A stretch of DNA of 64,000 nt, from assembly GCA_029061605.1 (NCBI GenBank), contig JAIDRT010000011.1, positions 43,374 through 107,373 on the forward strand. The letters run 5' to 3'. The number at the start of each line of letters is the position of its first letter. Position 1 is the stretch's first letter. Source of the DNA: Clostridia bacterium. GTDB taxonomy: Bacteria; Bacillota; Clostridia; Christensenellales; UBA3700. Positions 38,001 to 45,409 of the stretch are shown here, in pieces. The translations under genes were made by a program, and so were the position numbers. The notes under the pieces were generated by a model. It was not told the origin of the DNA. It searched no databases and worked only from the letters and a program-made list of their open reading frames with translations.

Positions 38001-40337
38001 TACTTTCTCTTGAATATTAAACGTGATATCAGTCCAAGTTGCCTTATAGTTGGTATAGTCACTGCTCCCATCTATATTTTTTACCTTAACGATCAACTTG
38101 TAATTTGCCGGTATCTCAACTTTAGACAATTGCAATTTGATTGTAAAATCAGCCATTTGGGAGTCTAGTACAAAGTCAGAATAAACCAAAGTCTCCGATT
38201 CGCTTCCCACTCGCTGTACGTAAAAATCTAATAAAACACTTTCTCCTGTACGCGGGCGAGATTGCACTTGCACATATAAATCAAGGTCTTCTTCAAGCAT
38301 ACTGTCAATTATAGTATCAGATTCTATTTTCAATTCAAGTGGCAAAGGCTCTATTTTAAACTCTAATCTCACACTGTCTTTCGCAACTGTTCCATCTTCA
38401 AATCTCCATTGAGTATTAACATTGTCCGTCAATCTCAATTCCAACTCATACGTACCCGCTTGCGCGACTTTAACAGTCACCGTTCCGTCTGTTGTTACGT
38501 TTTTGTTTAATTCATATTTACCAATAAATTCAGTAGGTATGTGTACTGTATAATCTCCCTTATAATCTCCGCCAAGTTCAAGTTCATAAGTTCTAGTAGA
38601 GCCATTATAGTTATACCAACTCTTTGGGAAGAATGTTGGCAAGGGAATATTTGTCTCAGTCTTTATAAAGTTCTTTGACAGAGCAACGTTGTCAGCCAAG
38701 GAATAATTGGAATTACTCAACGAAGTTATCGTGACAGTATAATCTCCAATTTTTTTAGGCATAGTCGTAGAGTCATATTCAGTATTGTTTCTGCCAGTAT
38801 ATTTTACATTGATATTCACAGTATCTTTGACGCCGCCGGCATTTGAACAAATCTCAGTATCAATCAGCGACGGTATTGCAACGCCCTCATCGTTATTACT
38901 CCAAGTAACGCTTAGCGGTTTTGGAGTAATCTTAAACTCAAATACTCTCGTATAATCATCCTCGCCTTTACTTGTATCAGGTTCCCCCGCAAAAACAGCG
39001 CCTGTTGCAATTGTGTCATCATTAAGTTTTACTGTAACCGCGTGAGTTTTAGCGCTTTTCATATCTGTAGGACAACTCAAAGCCGACATATAATTTGTGT
39101 TATACCAATTCGTTTTAGTTGTATCTGAGATATAGGATAGATCTTGAATCTCTCCGTTGTATTGACTTTCTACGTCGGACGGCTCTGAAAAGCCCACTCT
39201 ATCTACGACTTTTTTTAAATTGAGATGGAATGCAGGTCGCACGCCATTGCTGTAAATAGGTCCAACATTTCCTACTCCCATACCTGTGCCTCCTGCGGCC
39301 AATACATACACACAATCGTAATTAAAATAACGAGCCGACCTCAACCACACAGTCTGACTGTTAGAGCGTTGATTATTGGATAACTTCCACATTCCTTCAA
39401 CTCCGTTTACACCTGTTTCAGCAATACTTGGGAGCCATATTGAGTCAGCGCCCCAAGCCTTATAGCCAGTAGTATCTACTGTAGCGTCAGTCAAAAAATT
39501 GGCAGCAGTACCGTTTCCGCCCAAATCTAATGCGTCGTTATTATTATTGTAACCATAAGAAGTCCTGTATTCGCTGGACGTGACGTGAGTCAATGCTTGT
39601 TGATTGCGTTGCCAACTCACATTGTTAGGTACTTCTATAAATTCCTTTATGCTACCCGCTACGCCCTGCGCTTTGGTCATAGTATATATAGCCCAATCAC
39701 TACTTGCGCTTTGAGCAACACTAGTAAGCGAACTTGCATTATACGCTGCGGCATAACCGCCGCCATTATTGAGTACGCTCGCGCGCATCCAACTTGTTCC
39801 GTACATAGGGCTAGGATATTTTCCTTTACTGTTAGTTACGCTTGTATTGAAATTAGCGCTCCTAACTTTATTCTCACTGGAATTAGCCAGCCAAAAAGTT
39901 AATATTGGCTCTCCACTACTATTTGTAGATAAGTATGTGGGCATCCATTTTAATCCGTTTATCTCTACAACAAGATCCTTGCCATTATTTATACTGTTTC
40001 CATTATTTCTAATATCATTTGAAGTCTTAGTCAATGCTAAAGTAGCAATATCTGACAATTTCATATTTTTTTGTCCGGTTATCGCTTCAATCATATCAAA
40101 GAATACCGCACCGTTGAATACTTTTCCTGTGCCAGTCGTATCCCCCTCATAGCCATCCAACAACAGTTCTCCCAAATTTTTTGCTTGAGCGCTGGAAACT
40201 TCTCCATTTGTTATCGTAAGCGCTTCTGTTGATTTACACTTTAAAGATATTACTCCTATGCAACTTATCAACATTGCTAGCGCAATGATAGTCACTAGGC
40301 ATACTTTTTGTACTCTTATTTGTTTGCTAAAATTCAT
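35034..40337 (-). CDS. Giant surface protein (1767 aa): signal peptide, WLRS...VRPAFHLNL (DUF6273-like) domain, Ig-like repeats, membrane-spanning segment(s), ~390-aa charged repeat-rich tail
   Basis: The ORF is uninterrupted. I place the start at ATG 40337, 6 nt after AAGAGGTG (the track start is GTG 40346). Hydrophobic segments are IIASIISIILILIFA and AGAFLGLATAGWTAIACVLMGLAVLSIVFMIIA near aa 1300-1380. The tail has a duplicated NDE(I/T)IKQ(I/M)MKTQE(D/N)L motif and VEKxVExPVE tandem repeats. Confidence 0.85.
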   Translation of the reverse strand: MNFSKQIRVQKVCLVTIIALAMLISCIGVISLKCKSTEALTITNGEVSSAQAKNLGELLLDGYEGDTTGTGKVFNGAVFFDMIEAITGQKNMKLSDIATLALTKTSNDIRNNGNSINNGKDLVVEINGLKWMPTYLSTNSSGEPILTFWLANSSENKVRSANFNTSVTNSKGKYPSPMYGTSWMRASVLNNGGGYAAAYNASSLTSVAQSASSDWAIYTMTKAQGVAGSIKEFIEVPNNVSWQRNQQALTHVTSSEYRTSYGYNNNNDALDLGGNGTAANFLTDATVDTTGYKAWGADSIWLPSIAETGVNGVEGMWKLSNNQRSNSQTVWLRSARYFNYDCVYVLAAGGTGMGVGNVGPIYSNGVRPAFHLNLKKVVDRVGFSEPSDVESQYNGEIQDLSYISDTTKTNWYNTNYMSALSCPTDMKSAKTHAVTVKLNDDTIATGAVFAGEPDTSKGEDDYTRVFEFKITPKPLSVTWSNNDEGVAIPSLIDTEICSNAGGVKDTVNINVKYTGRNNTEYDSTTMPKKIGDYTVTITSLSNSNYSLADNVALSKNFIKTETNIPLPTFFPKSWYNYNGSTRTYELELGGDYKGDYTVHIPTEFIGKYELNKNVTTDGTVTVKVAQAGTYELELRLTDNVNTQWRFEDGTVAKDSVRLEFKIEPLPLELKIESDTIIDSMLEEDLDLYVQVQSRPRTGESVLLDFYVQRVGSESETLVYSDFVLDSQMADFTIKLQLSKVEIPANYKLIVKVKNIDGSSDYTNYKATWTDITFNIQEKVDVNSSIFWQLRINGVIKTSMYFDIDIATTPEFDKIKLVYSGKEHSLTTSLPSGYSVDTSYSVEGYINGYKNAKGTNAGEYITTARVKTPEGTIKEYSIKWTIEKAKFDLSNVKWQYDGQLPYNKVDGSQAILDPKTLPEGLIPTYGNYTGTTVGTSGSAYVTFALASGYEDNYVLPDENDPTSYIDLNEDFEWNKSWNIVKAEIQASSWKNSSTTDSNGKAFDIPVLRDPNADGDVVTYDYYECDSMGNIKSDTPIRKEDIIWSESQAKFYIAKPVLQDTLNYLLDDPSAQSKIFRVGKDLTKVSVSLENATMEYNTNPRHAKLAVANGALPTTAFDLTYYDGYTRLATAPTEVGNYRVEISLKNAYIDRYQIDGDYEFDYAIVKAQIAVEWNDNIKPPTLKLKYGQINGVEYEIVDADDNVVAYNELVAGKTYRIRGKIKDDQLNNFIFADGTIETAWKEFSVTGNEELYDPNSPSNPSYPQTDPDLPSNSGDNNTPSGDNPGSGNNSGGTLDEILQKLKEIPLWQIIASIISIILILIFASKGFGYLSKSKQNKRMAESKYKTYYAGAFLGLATAGWTAIACVLMGLAVLSIVFMIIAKSKYNKSLIYAEELRDEYERNKADVEDRKREEEARKRDENMQMMFMSMMGGNAGGNMGQGMPQGGYAYAQSGISVEEMRGLISETVTAMLPGMQQMLPQQASNNDEIIKQIMKTQEDLAHNQELLMKKMADQPAEKIVEKEVVATLANDETIKQMMKTQENLMQNQEKLMEKILELSTTQPQAQIIEKEVPVEKIVEKVVEVPVEVEKVVEKEVKVEVPVEVEKIVEVPVEKVVEKVIEKEVKVTAPVKTPKERAPRLTLDEAYARLSKQQKKYFDSLREYALTKDKCKEKKSTYFILLGQSSVNPLIKLTIKKDTTVALFKMEDEYLKDIRRDATNDGTKVKVKETEVVVDDAQSCKVARNMIDLREDQIERYQDLLKEQRAMRNKK

Positions 40338-40443
40338 TGTCGACACCTCTTTTGTCTTATATACTTTTATACAATAGGCTCTTCTAAACCAAAATTTGTA
40401 TATTTTTTTAACAACTTACAAACTTTGATTTGAGTACGAAATT

Positions 40444-40562
40444 CTAAAAAAAGTATACTTTTACTGACCCAAAAATATTGCAAATTATTGATACGCGAAG
40501 TATAATGTAATTGAAAAAATTTGCCTTTTCGCAGGCAGTCAGTAAAAGTATACTTTTTTTGG
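40444..40562 (+). promoter_or_regulatory. 25-bp inverted repeats flanking a near-consensus sigma-70 promoter
   Basis: CTAAAAAAAGTATACTTTTACTGAC (40444-40468) and GTCAGTAAAAGTATACTTTTTTTGG (40538-40562) match at 24/25 positions. Each contains the perfect palindrome AAAAGTATACTTTT. Between them lie TTGCAA (40478-40483), a 17-nt spacer and TATAAT (40501-40506) on the plus strand. Confidence 0.65.
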
Positions 40563-40609
40563 AAAAGTGAAAAATTGGCATTAAATTAGAATTTAATTGG
40601 ATAAAACGA

Positions 40610-40640
40610 ATGACACACAAGTTTGTTGCGTGTCATTTTT
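40610..40640. terminator. Rho-independent terminator-like hairpin
   Basis: ATGACACACAA-GTTTG-TTGCGTGTCAT has 11 bp with 1 mismatch. It is followed by TTTTT on the plus strand and by TTCGTTTTAT on the minus strand. Confidence 0.65.
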
Positions 40641-40666
40641 ACGGATATATTATATTACATTAGATA

Positions 40667-40799
40667 TTTTGACTTAACTACGTTTCGCTCAATATGACAT
40701 ATTATTTCATTTGACTTGGCTTCCCCTTGAGGGGAGGCTCCGCCATAGGCGGTGGTGAGGTGTTTTATGTCACCTCGAGCGTAGTTGTACGGTCTAATC
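40667..40799. repeat. REP-like cluster incl. G-rich hairpin sub-unit
   Basis: Components are 40667-40698 TTTTGACTTAACTACGTTTCGCTCAATATGAC, 40711-40762 TTGACTTGGCTTCCCCTTGAGGGGAGGCTCCGCCATAGGCGGTGGTGAGGTG and 40769-40799 GTCACCTCGAGCGTAGTTGTACGGTCTAATC. The last unit overlaps the stop codon of the next gene. Confidence 0.8.
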
Positions 40800-41001
40800 A
40801 TTGTTTAACGATCTCTGCAAAATCTTCAAAAGAATACCCTTTTCTTTTCATATCTGGGTCGGCTACGTTGAAAAAACAACTTGGTATTTCTCTCAACTTT
40901 AAATTCTTTGCAATGCAAAGCGAGCATCCCTTGTCGTGATTTGTTGGGTGCAACGGACACTTGGTATCCTTGCAGGTGCAAAACTCACTTAGATTTGACA
41001 T
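40798..41001 (-). CDS. Small cysteine-rich protein (DUF6485-like)
   Basis: 67 aa with the pattern CTC...CPLHPTNHDKGCSLC...IPSCFF. It lies 20 nt downstream of the ALDH gene. Confidence 0.6.
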   Translation of the reverse strand: MSNLSEFCTCKDTKCPLHPTNHDKGCSLCIAKNLKLREIPSCFFNVADPDMKRKGYSFEDFAEIVKQ

Positions 41002-41021
41002 AGTATTTCCTCCTGAGTTTT

Positions 41022-42389
41022 CTATTTCATAAAGAATTTTATCAATTTATAGTGCTTATCAGTATAAGGCTGATAGCGCACAGGCAAATCAAAGTAAGTC
41101 TTTTTGTCGATTATGCTCTTATAATGAGTGAAGGTATCAAAGCCTGCTTTGCCGTGATACTGCCCCATACCGCTTTGCTTGAGACCGCCAAAAGGCAAAG
41201 TCGACGACGCTATGTGCATAATCGTATCGTTGATACAGCCGCCGCCAAACTTACAACGCGACGTCACCTCGTTTTGATTTTGCTTGCTCTGCGAGAAGAA
41301 GTAAAGCGCAAGCGGCGTTGACATTGAGTTGACTTTGGCGATCGCCTCGTCTAATTCCTCAAAAGTGACGATTGGCAACACCGGTCCGAACATCTCGCAA
41401 TTCATTTCTGGACGGTCAAAATCTGAATCAAGTAAAGTCGGTTGAATTTTGAGTTTTTCCTCGTTGACTTTTCCGCCGTAGAGCAATCTGTCATTATCAA
41501 TATAATTCTTTACTTTGTCAAAGTGTTTTTGATTGATTATCTTGGGATAATTTTCATTCGTCAATGGATCTTCAGAGTATTGAATTTGTATTTGCTTTTT
41601 GAGTTCTTCCACCAACTGCGCCTTGACTGCCTTGTCGCAATATATGAAGTCAGGCGCTACGCACGTCTGTCCAGAATTGAGGAACTTGCCAAATACTATG
41701 CGCCTTGCCGCAAGCGGAATATCTGCCGTCTTGTCGACAATGCAAGGACTTTTTCCGCCCATCTCCAAAGTGATTGGCGTAAACTTTTCGGCAGCCTTTT
41801 GCATTACAATTTTGCCCACTGCCGTGCTACCGGTGTAGAAAATATAGTCAAAGTCTTGTTCCATCAAAAAGGCGTTTTCTTCCCTACCGCCGCTCACGAC
41901 TATGACCTCGTTTGTTTCAAATGTCTTTTGCACAAGTTTTTCTATTACGCAAGAAGTGTTGTGCGAATACCTGCTAGGCTTGAGAACTACGCTATTGCCT
42001 GCGGAAATCGCATCGACTAGCGGCTCTATAGAAAGCATAAACGGATAATTCCAAGGGCTCATAATGAGCACACAACCGTAAGGACACGGCGTAATCACGC
42101 TCTTTGCAGGGAATTGGAAAAACTCGCTTCTAAACTTCTTTGGTCGAGAAAACTTCTTGATATGCCTCAACATATAAGATATTTCGCAAAGTACCATTCC
42201 TATTTCAGTCGTATAACTCTCAACTTCGCTCTTGTTGAGGTCTGCTTTGAGTGCGGCAAAAATATCCTCTTTCATAAGCAGAATGTTTTGATACAACTTC
42301 TTGAGCGCCTTAATCCTCTTTTTATAATCCCAAAAAGCGCGTTCCGCCTTTTGCTTTTCTATACAAGTCAATATTTCTTCTCTTTCCAT
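41022..42389 (-). CDS. Aldehyde dehydrogenase family protein (ALDH3-type)
   Basis: Motifs are LEMGGKSPCIVD (catalytic Glu region), FLNSGQTCVAPD (catalytic Cys) and GSTAVGK. I place the start at ATG 42389, after GAGGT (track start 42404). Confidence 0.9.
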   Translation of the reverse strand: MEREEILTCIEKQKAERAFWDYKKRIKALKKLYQNILLMKEDIFAALKADLNKSEVESYTTEIGMVLCEISYMLRHIKKFSRPKKFRSEFFQFPAKSVITPCPYGCVLIMSPWNYPFMLSIEPLVDAISAGNSVVLKPSRYSHNTSCVIEKLVQKTFETNEVIVVSGGREENAFLMEQDFDYIFYTGSTAVGKIVMQKAAEKFTPITLEMGGKSPCIVDKTADIPLAARRIVFGKFLNSGQTCVAPDFIYCDKAVKAQLVEELKKQIQIQYSEDPLTNENYPKIINQKHFDKVKNYIDNDRLLYGGKVNEEKLKIQPTLLDSDFDRPEMNCEMFGPVLPIVTFEELDEAIAKVNSMSTPLALYFFSQSKQNQNEVTSRCKFGGGCINDTIMHIASSTLPFGGLKQSGMGQYHGKAGFDTFTHYKSIIDKKTYFDLPVRYQPYTDKHYKLIKFFMK

Positions 42390-42429
42390 ACCAACCTCAT
42401 TCATATACTTTTTAAGTTATTCGTATTAC

Positions 42430-42531
42430 GTCACCTCAACCGCAGTATGAATATATCTATCCTTTTTCTTGGCTTCTCCTTGAGGAGAGGCTCCGCTATA
42501 GGCGGCGGTGAGATGTCTTCCTTGCCGTCCC
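42430..42531. repeat. REP-like cluster incl. second full G-rich hairpin sub-unit
   Basis: Components are 42430-42442 GTCACCTCAACCG (as at 34736), 42466-42515 TTCTTGGCTTCTCCTTGAGGAGAGGCTCCGCTATAGGCGGCGGTGAGATG and 42520-42531 CTTGCCGTCCCC (reverse complement seen at 48975-48990). Confidence 0.8.
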
Positions 42532-42533
42532 CA

Positions 42534-42977
42534 TTATACGCGTTGACTAATACTTTCAAGATTATTGCTTAAGACAGCCAAGCATTTATAAAATACCGCC
42601 ATTTCATCCTTAGTCAATCCCATATCCGACTTCGACAAAATATTGTCAATTATCTCCGCAATTTCTCTGCCTGTCTTTTCGCCCTGCTCCGTAAGGCAAA
42701 GTTGACTTTTATACCTCTTTTCTTTCTTCGCGTCGCAAGAGATATATCCGTGTTCTTCAAGATACTCCAGCGAACGCGATATTGCTGCCTTGTCCTCTAG
42801 ACATATATCGCAAAGTTGTCTTGCCGTCAATTTCCCTTCGTTTTTATACATATAATAAAGGCAGGATACGTGAGTGCTTTTGAGACCAAACTTGCTCATC
42901 TCCTTGGTCTTGATCTTGAGTATGCTCCTTGATATCTTGTTTATCAATGTCGTAAAAGTGTTAAATCTGTCAATCAT
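42534..42977 (-). CDS. MarR family transcriptional regulator
   Basis: 147 aa from ATG 42977 (GGAG RBS at 7 nt; the track start is TTG 43025). The winged-helix region is LTARQLCDICLEDKAAISRSLEYLEEHGYI. Confidence 0.85.
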   Translation of the reverse strand: MIDRFNTFTTLINKISRSILKIKTKEMSKFGLKSTHVSCLYYMYKNEGKLTARQLCDICLEDKAAISRSLEYLEEHGYISCDAKKEKRYKSQLCLTEQGEKTGREIAEIIDNILSKSDMGLTKDEMAVFYKCLAVLSNNLESISQRV

Positions 42978-43032
42978 TTCTCTGCTCCGCTGACTATCGA
43001 CATTTGATTTGCAAGTCGCATACAAGCGCTCA

Positions 43033-43052
43033 CTTGTTGATATATCAACAAG
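43033..43052. promoter_or_regulatory. Perfect 20-bp palindrome, candidate MarR operator
   Basis: CTTGTTGATATATCAACAAG lies 56 bp upstream of the MarR start codon. Confidence 0.65.
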
Positions 43053-43099
43053 CCATAATATATCACAAGACTATCAGTATGTCAATAATTTGAGTGTAA

Positions 43100-43136
43100 A
43101 ATGAAGTTTAAAGCGCAAAAGACCGTGTGGGTCTTT
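43100..43136. terminator. Strong hairpin between luxS and the MarR gene
   Basis: AAAGCGCAAAAGACC-GTGTG-GGTCTTTTGCGCTTT is a 15-bp perfect stem with A/T-run flanks. Confidence 0.75.
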
Positions 43137-43168
43137 TGCGCTTTTTCATTTGAATTCAAAAGTCATAA

Positions 43169-43594
43169 TCACCTTGTCAACACATCAAGATACTTGGCAA
43201 TCTCGTTCTTTGCCTCTTCAAGATTATGTTCTCTAAAGTTGCCGCACTCCTTTTGCGTAGTTCCTGGCACGCTATCAAGCGTCAAACACTTCTTGAGACA
43301 TTCTATAGTGACGCGCTTTGCCTCTTGCTCCTGTATGCCAAAAAGCAAAAGATAGCACCCGGTACGGCACCCCATAGGACCAAAATATACCACCTTGTCC
43401 TTTATCTCGCTGTTGCGAATAACCACCGCAAAAAGATGCTCAATAGAATGCAAAGCGGCGTAAGATATATAATCCCCTTTGTTGGGATATTTGAATCGCA
43501 TATCATATGTATATACGCCGTTTGCCTCGCCAAGACAATAAAAGCCGGGCGTCATTGCGTCGTGATCGAGTTCAAAAGATTTTATGTTGTCCAT
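43169..43594 (-). CDS. luxS: S-ribosylhomocysteine lyase LuxS
   Basis: The metal-binding motif HSIEHL and GPMGCRTG are present. I place the start at ATG 43594, 6 nt after GAGGAG (the track start 43663 adds 23 unlikely residues). Confidence 0.92.
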   Translation of the reverse strand: MDNIKSFELDHDAMTPGFYCLGEANGVYTYDMRFKYPNKGDYISYAALHSIEHLFAVVIRNSEIKDKVVYFGPMGCRTGCYLLLFGIQEQEAKRVTIECLKKCLTLDSVPGTTQKECGNFREHNLEEAKNEIAKYLDVLTR

Positions 43595-43741
43595 AGTCTT
43601 CTCCTCACTTGCTTTCGTCAATTTCCTTTGAAGTATTATACGATAACAAACTTTGCAAGTCAATAAATTCTGTCATTTACGACGTTTTTTTGCGTTTTTG
43701 TCGGACTTTGCTCTTTTGAGCGGTTTTATATTTTTTGCCTA

Positions 43742-43771
43742 TTGACAGCGCAAGCCGACAGCATATATAAT
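43742..43771 (+). promoter_or_regulatory. Promoter of the GPH transporter operon
   Basis: TTGACA (43742-43747), an 18-nt spacer, then TATAAT (43766-43771). Confidence 0.6.
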
Positions 43772-43821
43772 TATATATATTGATTAAATATTTTATTATA
43801 ATATTATATTAAGGTGGAATT

Positions 43822-45408
43822 ATGACAGACGAAAAAGATATTGCGACTTGCGATACCTCAAAAGAAGAAACTACAACTGCGAGCGGTTATTCCGCTCCGC
43901 CTATGAAGACTTGGGAAAAGATTGCATACGGCGGCGGAGAGATTTACGGCAGCGGTTACGCCGCTTTGCTTGGCGTGGTGCTGTCCTTCTTCTTGACCAA
44001 TCTCGTACTCGTGGGAATCAAGAATGCAGAACTTTATGCGGCGATAATCATAGTCGTGTCAAAAGTATGGGATGCAATATCCGACCCGCTTATGGGCGTG
44101 ATATCCGACAACACTCGCACGAAGATAGGCAGGCGCAGACCTTGGATAATAATTGGCGGTGCGCTGGTGCCGGTTGCGTTTGCGATAATGTTTATGCCGT
44201 GGGCAAAGAATATTGAGAATCAAGCGTTGAGAATAATTTACGCTTGCGTGGGTTATTTCCTGCTCTGCACCGTCAACACGATTTCGCAAGTGCCTTACGC
44301 CTCTTTGAGCGCAGAAATCTCTGGCGACTTCAAAGAGCGCAACAAAGCAAATTCTATCAAACTACTATTCTCTCTCGTATGCTCGGGACTTTTCTTCTTG
44401 ATACCGTCGGCGGCTACAGAGGCTTATTCTGCGTACCTCAAAGGCACGACGTCTATGTACGGCACCACGAATGAGACAGGCTTTTTCCTTATCGTAGCAG
44501 TGCTTTGCGGAGTTATATTCGGCGTGGCAACAGTGCTAGTCGGCGTATTCAGCAAAGAGCGCATACCTTATGACAAAACGCAAAAGAGCAAGTTTTCTTT
44601 CAAAAGTTATGCCGTACCGCTTAAAAACAAATCTTATAGATACCATCTTATGATGTATCTTATGGCTTTTGGCTGTTATGATTTCATATCTGCGTTGGTA
44701 CTCTATTACGTCACGGCAGTAGTGCCAAGCATAACGATATTCGGTATGAAAATGAGTTCGCTGTTTATCGTCGCGCCTATGATGGTAATGGCTGCAATAA
44801 CATATCCTTTGAATATGAAACTTAAAAATACCAAAGGCAAGCAATTCGTATACCGTTGGGGATTGCCTTGCTATATTCTCGGCGCGCTTGGTTTGGCGGT
44901 CTTCCCCAATACGACCAACACAAACGTGAGTTGGATTCTTCTGCTGTGCTCGGCAATAATGGGCGTGGGCTTTGGCGGAGCGCAAATGATGCCTTGGATG
45001 ATCTTCCCTGACACGCAGGACGTGGCGGAACTCAAGACGGGCATAAAAGACACAGGCTGTTACAGCGGTCTTATGACTTTCACTCGCAAGATTGGCACTG
45101 CCATTGCGCAAAGCATTGTGCTTATTGTACTCGCTTGCGTAGGTTACAGCGAGTGTACGGAAAAAATATACAATCAAGAATTGGACGCATACCCAGCAAA
45201 AGTGACGCTGGCTATTAGAATACTCTTTGGAGTAGTCGTAGTCGTAATGATAAGTCTTGCGATATGGGCGTCGTTGCAATATAAGGTCACAGACCAAAAG
45301 TTGACAAGAATAAAATACTTCCTTGAGAAACAACGCGCAGGCGAAAACGATACGCTGACGGACGAGGAAAAAGCAGAAAAAGATGCATTAATAAAGGAAC
45401 TTGGTTGA
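43822..45408 (+). CDS. Glycoside-pentoside-hexuronide (GPH) family cation symporter (MFS)
   Basis: 528 aa, about 12 TM helices. The motif DAISDPLMGVISDNTRTKIGRRRPWI is typical of the GPH family. Confidence 0.85.
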   Translation: MTDEKDIATCDTSKEETTTASGYSAPPMKTWEKIAYGGGEIYGSGYAALLGVVLSFFLTNLVLVGIKNAELYAAIIIVVSKVWDAISDPLMGVISDNTRTKIGRRRPWIIIGGALVPVAFAIMFMPWAKNIENQALRIIYACVGYFLLCTVNTISQVPYASLSAEISGDFKERNKANSIKLLFSLVCSGLFFLIPSAATEAYSAYLKGTTSMYGTTNETGFFLIVAVLCGVIFGVATVLVGVFSKERIPYDKTQKSKFSFKSYAVPLKNKSYRYHLMMYLMAFGCYDFISALVLYYVTAVVPSITIFGMKMSSLFIVAPMMVMAAITYPLNMKLKNTKGKQFVYRWGLPCYILGALGLAVFPNTTNTNVSWILLLCSAIMGVGFGGAQMMPWMIFPDTQDVAELKTGIKDTGCYSGLMTFTRKIGTAIAQSIVLIVLACVGYSECTEKIYNQELDAYPAKVTLAIRILFGVVVVVMISLAIWASLQYKVTDQKLTRIKYFLEKQRAGENDTLTDEEKAEKDALIKELG

Positions 45409-45409
45409 T

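Noticed and set aside
40727-40939. 70-aa plus-strand ORF
   Set aside because: It begins inside the G-rich repeat sub-unit and runs antisense to the Cys-rich protein gene, which has a conserved Cys pattern.
44536-45333. 265-aa minus-strand ORF inside the GPH transporter gene. Similar antisense ORFs are at 19393..20070, 20529..21116, 41442..42020, 51040..51780, 52867..53619, 54486..55121, 61634..62560 and 62663..63481.
   Set aside because: All lie fully inside genes with clear family motifs on the other strand, and they encode Arg/Cys/His/Tyr-rich nonsense.
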